NCBI GenBank assembly: GCA_964471165.1 | Contig: CAYYEX010000001.1 | Coordinates: 65,037 to 129,036, forward strand | Source: an uncultured Candidatus Saccharibacteria bacterium | GTDB lineage: Bacteria; Patescibacteriota; Minisyncoccia; Phycocordibacterales; UBA2100 | Reading direction: 5' to 3' | Length of the DNA: 64,000 bases | Shown here: positions 44,900 to 53,400 of the stretch, piece by piece | Numbering within the stretch: position 1 is the first letter of the stretch | How the letters are laid out: each line of letters starts with the position of its first letter | The notes under the pieces: generated by a model | What the model saw: the letters and a program-made list of their open reading frames with translations, nothing else | Told to the model about the DNA's origin: nothing | The model's database searches: none | Translations under genes and position numbers: made by a program

Positions 44900-46396
44900 A
44901 TGTCAAAAGAAACCTCACATTCGCAAGAGCGTCCGCCCGTAGTGGTGGTCATGGGCCACGTCGACCATGGTAAGTCGACGCTTCTCGATTTCATTCGCAA
45001 AGCCAACGTTGTAGCCGGTGAAGCCGGTGGTATTACGCAGCATGTTGCAGCGTACGAGGTTGAACACAAAAAGAAGCGCATAACGTTTATCGACACCCCG
45101 GGACACGCAGCGTTTTCTGCTATTCGTGCCCGTGGCGCAAACGTGGCCGACATTGCAATTCTCGTAGTGGCAGCAGACGACGGCGTAAAGGCGCAGACAC
45201 TCGAGGCCCTCGAACAAATCCGCGAGAGCGGCATTCCGTTTATCGTTGCTATCAATAAAATCGACAAGCCCAACGCAGACATGTCTCGCACACAGGGCTC
45301 ACTCCTTGAAAAGGGCGTGTACTTGGAAAAGCTTGGTGGAGATGTGCCGTGGGCAGCTATTTCTGCAAAGGTGGGCACCGGCGTCGAGGAATTGCTCGAC
45401 CTCATTCTCATTGTTTCAGAGTTCGCTAACTTTAAGGCCGACGCGTCGCTGCCAGCGACCGGCTACGTGATAGAAGCACATCGCGACCAAAAGCGCGGCA
45501 TCGCTGCCACGCTTATTGTGACCGAGGGCACGCTTGAAAGCGGCATGGCCGTTGTGGCGGGTGGCGCAATTGCGCCGGTGCGCATTATGGAAAATCATCT
45601 CGGCAAGCAAATCAAGAGCGCGACATTCTCTACCCCAATCGCGCTCGTGGGATTCGACGAACTCCCTGCTGTGGGTGAGCAATTCAAAACATACAAAAAC
45701 AAGAAAGAGGCTGAGGCAGCGCGACAAGTGACTCTCACAGAAACTCCAAAGCCTGCTGCAGAAGTGCGCGAAGAAGGCGGACAGAAATACTATATGTCGG
45801 TAATCGTGCGCGCCGACGCTGCCGGCTCGCTCGAAGCGATATTGTCGGAAATCTCTCGCCTCGGCGACGAACACTCCAAAATCACCATCGTGCAGAGTGG
45901 CATCGGCAACATTTCGGAGTCCGACATGAAAACTGCACTCGCCGGCTCGCAGAAAGCAATTGTGATCGGATTCAACGTAGGAATCGATGGTATTGCAGAA
46001 ACTATCGGCAACCAACAGAGCGTACGCGTGGAGAAGTTCAACATCATCTACAAACTGACCGAGTTCCTTGAGGAACTTTTGCAGAATTCACGTCCAAAGC
46101 GCACTGTTGAGGAAATCATTGGTAAGGCACGTGTGCTTCGTGTATTTTCGACCCGCAAGGCTGAGCACGTGGTGGGTGGCACGGTGTTTGAGGGATTCTT
46201 GGAAAAGAAGGGCGATATCCGCGTGATTCGCCGCAACGTAACGGTAATTGGTGAAGGCAAGCTCATCAACATGCAGGCGAGCAAGATAAATGTGGACCGT
46301 GTAGAAAAGGGCACCGAATTCGGTACACAGATTGAAGCTCCATTTGAAATTGCCGAGGGCGACATCTTGATGTGCTTCCGCCGCACCACCATATAA
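44900..46396 (+). CDS. infB: translation initiation factor IF-2 (short, 498 aa; N-terminal domains absent)
   Basis: G-domain GHVDHGKSTLLD, DTPGH, NKID. C-terminal beta-barrel domains present. Confidence 0.85.
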   Translation: MSKETSHSQERPPVVVVMGHVDHGKSTLLDFIRKANVVAGEAGGITQHVAAYEVEHKKKRITFIDTPGHAAFSAIRARGANVADIAILVVAADDGVKAQTLEALEQIRESGIPFIVAINKIDKPNADMSRTQGSLLEKGVYLEKLGGDVPWAAISAKVGTGVEELLDLILIVSEFANFKADASLPATGYVIEAHRDQKRGIAATLIVTEGTLESGMAVVAGGAIAPVRIMENHLGKQIKSATFSTPIALVGFDELPAVGEQFKTYKNKKEAEAARQVTLTETPKPAAEVREEGGQKYYMSVIVRADAAGSLEAILSEISRLGDEHSKITIVQSGIGNISESDMKTALAGSQKAIVIGFNVGIDGIAETIGNQQSVRVEKFNIIYKLTEFLEELLQNSRPKRTVEEIIGKARVLRVFSTRKAEHVVGGTVFEGFLEKKGDIRVIRRNVTVIGEGKLINMQASKINVDRVEKGTEFGTQIEAPFEIAEGDILMCFRRTTI

Positions 46397-46402
46397 ACCA
46401 CT

Positions 46403-46741
46403 ATGGCATCAAAGCGACAGATACAAATCTCTGAAGCATTCGCACACTTGGCAGCGGATTATTTTGCACGCGAATCAAATCGCCTTGCACTCATTACCGT
46501 GACCCGTGCGGATGTGTCTCCCGATCTCAAGAACGTAACAATTTATTTTTCGGTCTTACCGGAAACATACGAGGAGCAGGTTGTGCATTTTGCACGACGC
46601 AGCCGCACAGACTTCCGCCAATACATAAAAGACAAAGCAACCATGCGCGTGTTACCCAACGTGGATTTTGTGCTCGACTTAGGTGAGAAAAATCGCCAAC
46701 GAATTGACGATTTAACTCGAACTCCTCCGAAGCTCGACTAA
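46403..46741 (+). CDS. rbfA: ribosome-binding factor A
   Basis: KH-like RbfA pattern (ITVTRADVSPDLKNVTIYFSVL). Follows infB, the conserved infB-rbfA order. Confidence 0.8.
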   Translation: MASKRQIQISEAFAHLAADYFARESNRLALITVTRADVSPDLKNVTIYFSVLPETYEEQVVHFARRSRTDFRQYIKDKATMRVLPNVDFVLDLGEKNRQRIDDLTRTPPKLD

Positions 46742-46751
46742 CTAATTGAAT

Positions 46752-46814
46752 TTGAGGCCACAGCGGGAGTTGCACCCGCCCATAGCGCAATTCTACAAAC
46801 AGAGCAGACCGCCG
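46752..46814 (-). repeat. partial copy of the tRNA-Cys 3' half (36 nt identical plus cagaccgccg), ~95 nt downstream of the tRNA
   Basis: ttgaggccacagcgggagttgcacccgcccatagcg repeated at 46752-46787 and 46851-46886; cagaccgccg at 46805 and 46893. Confidence 0.85.
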
Positions 46815-46853
46815 TGCGGAATGGGATTGAGTTGAAGAATCTATATTTTTTTG

Positions 46854-46925
46854 AGGCCACAGCGGGAGTTGCACCCGCCCATAGCGGTTTTGCAGACCGC
46901 CGCGTTGCTACTTCGCCATATGGCC
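46854..46925 (-). tRNA. tRNA-Cys (anticodon GCA), unusual T-loop (G at position 55)
   Basis: Reverse complement GGCCATATGGCGAAGTAGCAACGCGGCGGTCTGCAAAACCGCTATGGGCGGGTGCAACTCCCGCTGTGGCCT. 7-bp acceptor with G-U, anticodon loop CTGCAAA, U73 discriminator typical of Cys. T-loop TGCAACT is atypical. Confidence 0.6.
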
Positions 46926-46978
46926 GAGGAAGTACGCCGTGTACTGTAACATAAATTGACGTTACTATGTGCCCCATT

Positions 46979-47063
46979 GCCGGGGTGATGGAATGGTAGA
47001 CATAGGGGACTTAAAATCCCCAGGCCGTAAAAGGCCGTGTGGGTTCGAGTCCCACTCCCGGCA
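46979..47063 (+). tRNA. tRNA-Leu (anticodon UAA), type II
   Basis: GCCGGGG.../...TCCCGGC acceptor, anticodon loop CTTAAAA, variable arm GGCCGTAAAAGGCCGT, T-arm GTGGGTTCGAGTCCCAC. Confidence 0.85.
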
Positions 47064-47072
47064 CAAAAAAGA

Positions 47073-47099
47073 GAGCGACTGCCAAAATGACAGTCGCTC
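47073..47099. terminator. hairpin GAGCGACTG-N9-CAGTCGCTC; has a U-tract only on the minus strand (terminates 47124..47393 gene)
   Basis: Minus-strand reading: GAGCGACTGtcattttggCAGTCGCTCTCTTTTTTGTG. Confidence 0.55.
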
Positions 47100-47123
47100 A
47101 AGTTCAAGGTTGCTCACATTGGC

Positions 47124-47393
47124 TCAGCACTTTTTTCTCCAGTTGCTGAACGCAGCGAGACCCAGTGTGAATCCAACGGCTGCCCCGACGAGCAGCAGCC
47201 AGCTCCCCATCCCATAGAGCGTAAACAGATTCTCCTCGGAACAGGGCCAGCCAGTCGCTTTCAGGATGCCGCACGTCGCTCGCTCGATGTAGTACATGTG
47301 GTTTCTCCATATATCAAAGAGCCGTATCGCAACAGCGACACGGCTCAGGGGTTGGTTGATATGTACCTGACGAAGGAATAGACATACATCCAC
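47124..47393 (-). CDS. hypothetical small protein with C-terminal TM helix (89 aa)
   Basis: ORF followed by a good terminator. Composition moderate. Confidence 0.25.
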   Translation of the reverse strand: MDVCLFLRQVHINQPLSRVAVAIRLFDIWRNHMYYIERATCGILKATGWPCSEENLFTLYGMGSWLLLVGAAVGFTLGLAAFSNWRKKC

Positions 47394-47556
47394 ACCACCG
47401 ATTTCGCGGCGCTGTGGAAAGTTGTTACGTATGTCGGAATATAGGTAGGCTTATGACCAATCCTCCTTCGCCACTGCAGACGATATACATGACCTAATCT
47501 GCTGTCAATTTCTGCGGCGCTCGCGACGACCAAGCCGCATTTGCTACTATTGCTCA

Positions 47557-48252
47557 ATGAAGCGTGAGCATTTGAATCTCATTGCAGTGCCGCTGAGTGT
47601 GCTGGCCGCTGCGGTGTTTCTCTACGTTACCTGGCAGCTGCTCAATCTGCCTTCGCAAGAATCGATGGTGACACTCGCACGACAATATTTTGAACGCTAC
47701 GGACTCATCACGGTATTTCTCAGCGCCATACTCGAAGGCGCACTTTTCATAGGCGTGTACTACCCTGGTAGTCTCGTGATTTTTCTCGGGGTTATTTTTT
47801 CCATCGGGAGTATTCCCCGTGCCATCGAGACCGTGGCGGTGGTTACCGCTGGACTCCTCATTGGATACTGCATCGACTATGTATTGGGCCGATACGGGTG
47901 GTACCGACTCTTTCTTGCCGTCGGGCTCAAAGGCCCGCTTGAGAGCGCGCAAAAGCGAGTAGCAGCATATGGACCACGCGCTTTGTTCCTGAGCTACTGG
48001 CACCCAAACTTTGCCGCACTCACATCGACTGCTGCAGGTGTGCTGCACATGGAGTTTGCCGTGTTTTTCCGCAACGCAGTAATTGCAGCGATTGCATGGA
48101 ATGCGTTTTGGGGACTGATTGTGTATACCCTCGGCGAAGCCTCGCTGTGGTTTATGGGGATGCCGTTTGTACTCACATTCGTTGCTGCTTGGATTGTGGT
48201 GATTGTGATTCGAGAGATTTGGAAAAGAAACGCGGCTGCCACACTCAACTAA
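47557..48252 (+). CDS. DedA/VTT-domain family membrane protein
   Basis: YGLITVFLSAILEGALFIGVYYPGS is the characteristic DedA re-entrant loop motif. About 230 aa. Confidence 0.75.
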   Translation: MKREHLNLIAVPLSVLAAAVFLYVTWQLLNLPSQESMVTLARQYFERYGLITVFLSAILEGALFIGVYYPGSLVIFLGVIFSIGSIPRAIETVAVVTAGLLIGYCIDYVLGRYGWYRLFLAVGLKGPLESAQKRVAAYGPRALFLSYWHPNFAALTSTAAGVLHMEFAVFFRNAVIAAIAWNAFWGLIVYTLGEASLWFMGMPFVLTFVAAWIVVIVIREIWKRNAAATLN

Positions 48253-48330
48253 TCTGCACACAAAAGGGCGCGGTTCGGAAGAATAACCGCGCCCACCCTA
48301 ATGTTCAAAAATTCTGTTTCATCCGCGGGC

Positions 48331-48936
48331 CTAAAAGAGCATGCGGTGTGTTTTGGCAGCGTACTGCCTGTCCCGGAACGCGCGGTACCGTGCCTTGTAT
48401 TCCTTGCTGTCCGTGGCCGGAACGACGAGAAGATCGAGACCGAGAATGAGACGCACCTGATTCATCTGCAACCTCGCCGTCCTTGTGTTGCCGCTAACAA
48501 AGGCGCGATAGTAGCAAATCTGGTCGTGAACGTTCCAACCGAAGTCCGTCTTCTCCTGGTCCGAAACATGGTAAAGCGAAGGCAAGCGCTTGATGATTCG
48601 CTTGTCGAACGCCGAAATCAGCCTGGGCATATACTTGCCCTTCGGTGACTCGTCCACACCTTCGTTTCCACCCCGACGGAAAAACTTGTTTGGTCGGCAG
48701 GTCAGGGCCGAATTCACAAGCACCGTGGAGCAGAAGTTGCTGCCCTCAAAGAACAAATACTGGGCAATCTTGAGATGTGCCTCGATTTCAGGTTCGGCCC
48801 AATCCGCGTCGGTATCCAAACGCGAATCGGCAAGGAGTTCACTTTGCCGCACATACTCCTTGCGCACATCTTCCGGAATCCGTTTCCGAACCGGGAACGT
48901 CTGCCCGGTTTCTAGAATTGTCGCTGTCATTGGCAT
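48331..48936 (-). CDS. hypothetical protein (201 aa)
   Basis: ORF with soluble composition. No motif recognised. Confidence 0.45.
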   Translation of the reverse strand: MPMTATILETGQTFPVRKRIPEDVRKEYVRQSELLADSRLDTDADWAEPEIEAHLKIAQYLFFEGSNFCSTVLVNSALTCRPNKFFRRGGNEGVDESPKGKYMPRLISAFDKRIIKRLPSLYHVSDQEKTDFGWNVHDQICYYRAFVSGNTRTARLQMNQVRLILGLDLLVVPATDSKEYKARYRAFRDRQYAAKTHRMLF

Positions 48937-49103
48937 TTTGTATTCCCCGTCGCGATTGATGATGCCGCCAAATTAATTATTGCCGCCGTGCCGTGTATCA
49001 AAGCCTGCCACGATGGTAGCAGGTGGGTGTGTGGGTTCTCAAATGGAAAATCTATTGTAGAATGCCCAGCACCTGCCCGCTTGGGCAGTCCTTCACACAA
49101 AAT

Positions 49104-49176
49104 GCGCTCATAGCTCAGCTGGTAGAGCAGTCGCCTCTTAAGCGAACGGTCCCAGGTTCGAATCCTGGTGGGCGCA
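49104..49176 (+). tRNA. tRNA-Lys (anticodon CUU)
   Basis: GCGCTCATAGCTCAGCTGGTAGAGCAGTCGCCTCTTAAGCGAACGGTCCCAGGTTCGAATCCTGGTGGGCGCA. Anticodon loop CTCTTAA. Confidence 0.85.
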
Positions 49177-49190
49177 CAAAGACGAAACAA

Positions 49191-49214
49191 ACCTGGCCTG
49201 CGCCAGGTTTTTTC
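49191..49214 (+). terminator. Rho-independent terminator after tRNA-Lys
   Basis: AACCTGGC-ctgc-GCCAGGTTTTTT. Confidence 0.7.
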
Positions 49215-49343
49215 GCTTTGTGCGGGCCGGAGCCATGTCGCAAAAGCTTTTGCGACGGGCGAGGCAGGGTCGTGGAATTTTCCGAGCGGCGGCGAGGAAA
49301 ATATCCCTGACCACATGTGGCCCTACACCGGCGAGACGAGGGA

Positions 49344-49354
49344 GAATCCTGGTG
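49344..49354 (+). repeat. 11-nt copy of tRNA-Lys T-arm/acceptor junction (gaatcctggtg) 176 nt downstream of the tRNA
   Basis: Identical to 49161-49171. Weaker than at other tRNAs but at the same characteristic distance. Confidence 0.4.
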
Positions 49355-49358
49355 ACTC

Positions 49359-49781
49359 TTGTCCTCATCCCTCTCCCCATGCCACAATTTCCCCATGGAC
49401 TCCCTCATCACCTTCTTTCAAAACCACCCCGATTACCCGTTCTTCGCCATTTTTCTTTTCGCTATTTCCGGAATAGTTTCTCAACAAATCCTTTTCAATA
49501 GAATCAAGGAGCACCATCCCGAAAAGTGGGTGGAGCTTGGCCAGCCGAGTATGTGGAATATGTCGCAGCGAAATAATTGGCGCTACACCAAACTCCTCTT
49601 CAAGGGCGACCCGGTACTTGCCGGCGACATGCGTATCAACGGACTCATCGACTTAAATCGTGCGCTCTCCATCATTACGATTCTCGCGGTCATCGCATTC
49701 TTTGGGTATCACGTAATGATTGGCATAAACTCGATTCCCGTGTCAGTGAATGAGAACGGGAGCATCTTGCAGTCTGACTAG
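49359..49781 (+). CDS. hypothetical membrane protein (start uncertain)
   Basis: ORF with 2 TM segments. Overlaps the short tRNA-Lys copy at its 5' end. Confidence 0.3.
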   Translation: MSSSLSPCHNFPMDSLITFFQNHPDYPFFAIFLFAISGIVSQQILFNRIKEHHPEKWVELGQPSMWNMSQRNNWRYTKLLFKGDPVLAGDMRINGLIDLNRALSIITILAVIAFFGYHVMIGINSIPVSVNENGSILQSD

Positions 49782-49877
49782 CCCTTGTATTTGACTCCCC
49801 CCTATAATCAATGTACGGTATTTCCGGCACGCGAACGCACAATCCTGTGCGTACGCGAATATGGATGGAGAGTTGCC

Positions 49878-50477
49878 ATGATCTTCGTGATGAAAGTCGT
49901 CACACCAATCCTTGGGGCGCTCGGCGTTCTGATTCTGCACTACGTGTTCGGCCTCTCGCTCTTGACCGACGGGTTCCTGCTTCTGCTGGTCGCCCTGTTC
50001 AGTGCAGGCGTCTGGTTCGGTTTCGGCAACGTCATCGGGTTCTGCATGACGCAGTTCAAGGTCGCGTTCGTGCTGATTCTGACGCTGTGGCCGGTCGTGC
50101 TGTTGGCGGCGATGTATTACCTCGTGCCTTCCCTGCACGCAAACGTCCAGCGTCCGATGCAGAACGAAACCAAGGACGCCGTGATGGTCTTCAGCGGCGT
50201 TGGCGTCGGCATGGCCATTATTTCGATTATCGCCAGCTTCGTTGCTGTGCGTGAATCGGTCATCATCACCAACCTGCTGACCTCAGTCGCGTGGCTGTGC
50301 GTCATCGCCTGGATAAACGGCGGCACCTGGAATGCCTCTGGCGTCCTGCAGTACTGGGGTCTCATTGCGCTCGTAGCCTCCGGAGTCGAAGTGTTCGCCG
50401 GCATCATCGCGAGCGTGCACAACGCCTGGAACAAGAACCCCACGATGCTCCAAGGCGGCGGTCGCACCGGCATCTGA
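49878..50477 (+). CDS. hypothetical polytopic membrane protein in a high-GC (~60%) block
   Basis: RBS GGATGGAGAG before the ATG at 49878. Five to six TM helices. GC3-rich codon usage unlike neighbouring genes. Confidence 0.5.
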   Translation: MIFVMKVVTPILGALGVLILHYVFGLSLLTDGFLLLLVALFSAGVWFGFGNVIGFCMTQFKVAFVLILTLWPVVLLAAMYYLVPSLHANVQRPMQNETKDAVMVFSGVGVGMAIISIIASFVAVRESVIITNLLTSVAWLCVIAWINGGTWNASGVLQYWGLIALVASGVEVFAGIIASVHNAWNKNPTMLQGGGRTGI

Positions 50478-50517
50478 CCTCCATCCAGTCACCGAAAGGA
50501 GGTGATCACGTATCTGG

Positions 50518-50550
50518 CCCCTACCGCAATCGCGGTAGGGGTCTTCGTTT
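50518..50550 (+). terminator. hairpin terminator
   Basis: CCCCTACCGC-aatc-GCGGTAGGGG then TCTTCGTTT. Confidence 0.5.
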
Positions 50551-50725
50551 AAAAAATGGCTTCATTGACATCTCATTTAGACGTGATACTGTTATCCCAT
50601 CAACCAGCGCTGATCCAGAGACGTAGGGATCGACCTCCACTCCAGCTAACTGCCATTGATGCCAAGCCCCAACAAGATTAATTTTTTGAAACGAGTTTGG
50701 CCTTAGCAGAGCAAAATACAAAACC

Positions 50726-50926
50726 ATGCAGCAAGGAACTATTGCCCGTCTTACAGACAAGGGCTTCGGATTCATCTCCATCGAGGGTCAGGATAAAGAT
50801 CTCTTTTTCCACTCGAACGAGCTCCAGAACGTAAAGTTCGACGAGCTTCGCGAAGGAGACAAGGTTGAGTTTGAGGTAGGTGAGAGCCCAAAAGGCCCAA
50901 ACGCCCTCAAGGTCAGCAAGATCTAA
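50726..50926 (+). CDS. cold-shock protein (CspA family)
   Basis: GTIARLTDKGFGFISIEGQDKDLFFHSNEL contains RNP1 (KGFGFI) and RNP2 (LFFH) motifs. Long 5' UTR with TTGACA-N17-TACTGT-like promoter around 50566-50600. Confidence 0.85.
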   Translation: MQQGTIARLTDKGFGFISIEGQDKDLFFHSNELQNVKFDELREGDKVEFEVGESPKGPNALKVSKI

Positions 50927-50945
50927 TTCGATCAAACAAACAAAA

Positions 50946-50973
50946 AGCCCCGCGAAAGCGGGGTTTTTTGTTT
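50946..50973 (+). terminator. Rho-independent terminator after csp
   Basis: AAAAAGCCCCGC-gaaa-GCGGGGTTTTTTGTTT. Confidence 0.8.
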
Positions 50974-51007
50974 GGGCAGTGCTATGCTTACGTGACTTCC
51001 CTCTCAC

Positions 51008-51697
51008 ATGCAGCGTTTTGGTACATACCTCGCACTCCTTCCCGTCGCACTCGTTGCGCTTGTAGCCATTTGCTCGCCACTACTGCTATTCGTACTCGAT
51101 AACGACACGCTTGTCGGATTCGGATGGACGTTCAGTCTATTCATTTTGCCTGTTTGTGCAGGCCTGAGCGCAATCGGCTTGTGCATAAAAGCATACGGAT
51201 ACTTCCGCGGCACGGTTCGTATTAATCTTTGGAGCACCAGCGTTTACCTCGTAGCTCTTTTAGTATTTTCGCTACTTTCCAGCTTGGCTATTTTTCTACC
51301 AGTTGCAGCGGTCGTAGTCCCGGTGTTTGCGGCGCTCGCATGGCGCGACCAAAAAGCGAGTACCGATATCCCCACACGCCTTTCACCTGGTCGGTTTTTT
51401 ATTCTCTGGGCGGTATTCATAGTAGGAATGTATGTCACCCTCAATGCAATAGGCGGATATAAAACCGACCAATTTTTGGACAAGGCTACAAACGGCACAG
51501 GGATTCTTACATGCCAGTCCGCAATCGACGATACATACGAAAAAGTCCTTGCTGGATACTGTGATTCCAATAGCTACTTTTTCAAGATTTCTGACCAGCA
51601 GGCTCGCGGGTACACATTTACCCTACTCAGTCACGCAACATCGACCAATACCTACGGAGTTTCGGTACACGTTTTCAAAGTGAAAGTCGAAAAGTAG
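51008..51697 (+). CDS. hypothetical membrane protein (4 TM + C-terminal soluble domain)
   Basis: ORF with hydrophobic N-terminal half. Followed by a strong terminator. Confidence 0.5.
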   Translation: MQRFGTYLALLPVALVALVAICSPLLLFVLDNDTLVGFGWTFSLFILPVCAGLSAIGLCIKAYGYFRGTVRINLWSTSVYLVALLVFSLLSSLAIFLPVAAVVVPVFAALAWRDQKASTDIPTRLSPGRFFILWAVFIVGMYVTLNAIGGYKTDQFLDKATNGTGILTCQSAIDDTYEKVLAGYCDSNSYFFKISDQQARGYTFTLLSHATSTNTYGVSVHVFKVKVEK

Positions 51698-51707
51698 ACA
51701 GGCAATG

Positions 51708-51736
51708 AAAACACCCCGCTTTCGCGGGGTGTTTTG
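51708..51736. terminator. bidirectional Rho-independent terminator
   Basis: AAAACACCCCGC-tttc-GCGGGGTGTTTTG, with U-tracts on both strands. Confidence 0.8.
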
Positions 51737-51755
51737 CATCGAGTGGTCTATCTCA

Positions 51756-53033
51756 CTAACCTACAAAGGTCAGCGCCTTGCCACCCTTGCCTGCGCGGCC
51801 GGTTCGGCCGATTCGGTGTACGTAGTCGTCGTAGGTTGTTGGCTGGTCGTAGTTGATTACGTGAGTCACATCGGCAACGTCGATACCTCGTGCAGCAACG
51901 TCGGTTGCCACGAGAATGTTCACCCTGCCCTTTTTGAACGCATCGAGTGCGCGCTCACGCTTACCCTGTGTTTTATTGCCGTGAATTGATTCTGCCTTAA
52001 AGCCTCGGTCCGTAAGAATGTTCGCAAGCTTTTCTACACCGTGTTTGGTGCGACCGAAAATCAGCACGCGACTGAACTCAGGCTGTGAGAGCAGGTCGTG
52101 GAGCACGTCGAGCTTGTCTTTGCCGTTTGTACGAACCACATCTTGGTCAACCGAAGATGCAGTGTCGCGCGTTTTGACCGAAATCTGAATTGGTTTGTTG
52201 AGGAAGTCCCCAACCATGCGCTCAATTTCGCGAGAGAGCGTTGCAGTGAAGAAGAGCGTGTGACGCTGCTTTGGCATGTGCGCGAGAATAAATCGCATGT
52301 CGTCGATGAAACCCATGTCGAGCATGCGGTCTGCTTCGTCTAACACCACAGTGGTGAAGTCGGAGAGGTCGAGCGCACGCTGACTCATGAGGTCTTTCAA
52401 GCGACCAGGTGTACCGATTACGAAGTTCGGCTTGCGGCGAAGTGTCTGAATCTGTTTGTTGATGTTGGCACCGCCCACGCAGGTAACTGCACCGATGCGC
52501 ATGTACTCTGCGAAGCCCCAGAACTCATCTTCGATTTGCGTAGCGAGTTCACGGGTTGGCACCATAATAAGCACCTTTTGTGAGCGGTCATTGAGCACCT
52601 TGTCGATGAGTGGAATCAAAAACGCCGCCGTTTTTCCGGTGCCGGTGTTTGCGATACCAATCACGTCGGAGCCCGCGAGCACATGTGGAATTGCACGGTC
52701 CTGAATTGGCGTTGGTGTAACGTAACCCTTTTTAATGATGTTCTTCTTAAGGTCCTCAGCGACGTTAAAGTCGACGAAGTTGTGCTCGGGCACGAATACC
52801 TCCTGCACTTCTGTTACGGTCGCTTTGTTAACAAAGCGAGCCGGGTCGATGTACTGACCCATCTGACGCGGAGCGCGGCTTTTTGGGTAGTTTGCGCGAC
52901 CGCCCTGTGAGCGACCGCCGAATCGGGAGTGAGAACCGCCACTGCCAGAGCGTTGATATTGTTTATACATGGAGTGTGCCGCATTGCGGCTTCTAGTGTC
53001 TAATCCGACGGCCTCAAGAGTCTCATCTCCCAC
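51756..53033 (-). CDS. DEAD-box ATP-dependent RNA helicase with N-terminal RG-rich region
   Basis: Q motif, motif I ANTGTGKT, DEAD box VLDEADRMLDMGF, SAT, HRIGRTGRAG. Confidence 0.85.
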   Translation of the reverse strand: MGDETLEAVGLDTRSRNAAHSMYKQYQRSGSGGSHSRFGGRSQGGRANYPKSRAPRQMGQYIDPARFVNKATVTEVQEVFVPEHNFVDFNVAEDLKKNIIKKGYVTPTPIQDRAIPHVLAGSDVIGIANTGTGKTAAFLIPLIDKVLNDRSQKVLIMVPTRELATQIEDEFWGFAEYMRIGAVTCVGGANINKQIQTLRRKPNFVIGTPGRLKDLMSQRALDLSDFTTVVLDEADRMLDMGFIDDMRFILAHMPKQRHTLFFTATLSREIERMVGDFLNKPIQISVKTRDTASSVDQDVVRTNGKDKLDVLHDLLSQPEFSRVLIFGRTKHGVEKLANILTDRGFKAESIHGNKTQGKRERALDAFKKGRVNILVATDVAARGIDVADVTHVINYDQPTTYDDYVHRIGRTGRAGKGGKALTFVG

Positions 53034-53134
53034 TTTCGACTACAGGAGCGGTCTCGAGAGCCATCTCAAGACAAAAGAATACGAGAACGTTGGTATATGA
53101 AGATTAACACTTTGTGGTAGTATTGTCAATCGAC

Positions 53135-53216
53135 GGGCAGATGGCGGAATTGGTATACGCACTAGCCTTAGGAGCTAGCTCCGTAAGGATTGGGGGTTCG
53201 AGTCCCCCTCTGCCCA
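53135..53216 (+). tRNA. tRNA-Leu (anticodon UAG), type II
   Basis: GGGCAGA/TCTGCCC acceptor, anticodon loop CTTAGGA, variable arm TCCGTAAGGATTG, T-arm GGGGGTTCGAGTCCCCC. Confidence 0.85.
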
Positions 53217-53260
53217 CAAAAATCATTAGAGCCAGGGCATGACCTGGCTCTAATGATTTT
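53217..53260 (+). terminator. long hairpin terminator after tRNA-Leu(UAG)
   Basis: AAAAATCATTAGAGCCAGG-gcatga-CCTGGCTCTAATGATTTT. Confidence 0.75.
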
Positions 53261-53393
53261 CGGGAGGTGGATGAGACGAGAAGGCGAAGGCTGGGGACCC
53301 CGCGAGCACGCGGGGATGCCTGAGCGTAGTCAGGCGGAGAAAAGTTTTGACGAAAACTTTTCGAGCGCTTGACCGAGTCTCCCTCCGCCCACA
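53261..53393 (+). repeat. ~130-nt tRNA-Leu-associated structured element (homolog of 32441..32573) ending in an 18/21 copy of the tRNA-Leu(UAG) 3' end
   Basis: CCCCGCG-agca-CGCGGGG and GAAAAGTTTT-gacg-AAAACTTTTC hairpins. Ends cgagtctccctccgcccaca. Closing stem GGCGGAG...CTCCGCC possible. Confidence 0.8.
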
Positions 53394-53400
53394 CAAATAC

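Noticed and set aside
44650-45411. 253-aa minus-strand ORF and other antisense ORFs within infB, clpB, parB, gyrA, topA and rel
   Set aside because: Each is antisense to a gene with unambiguous family motifs. Compositions are Ser/Arg/Cys-rich.
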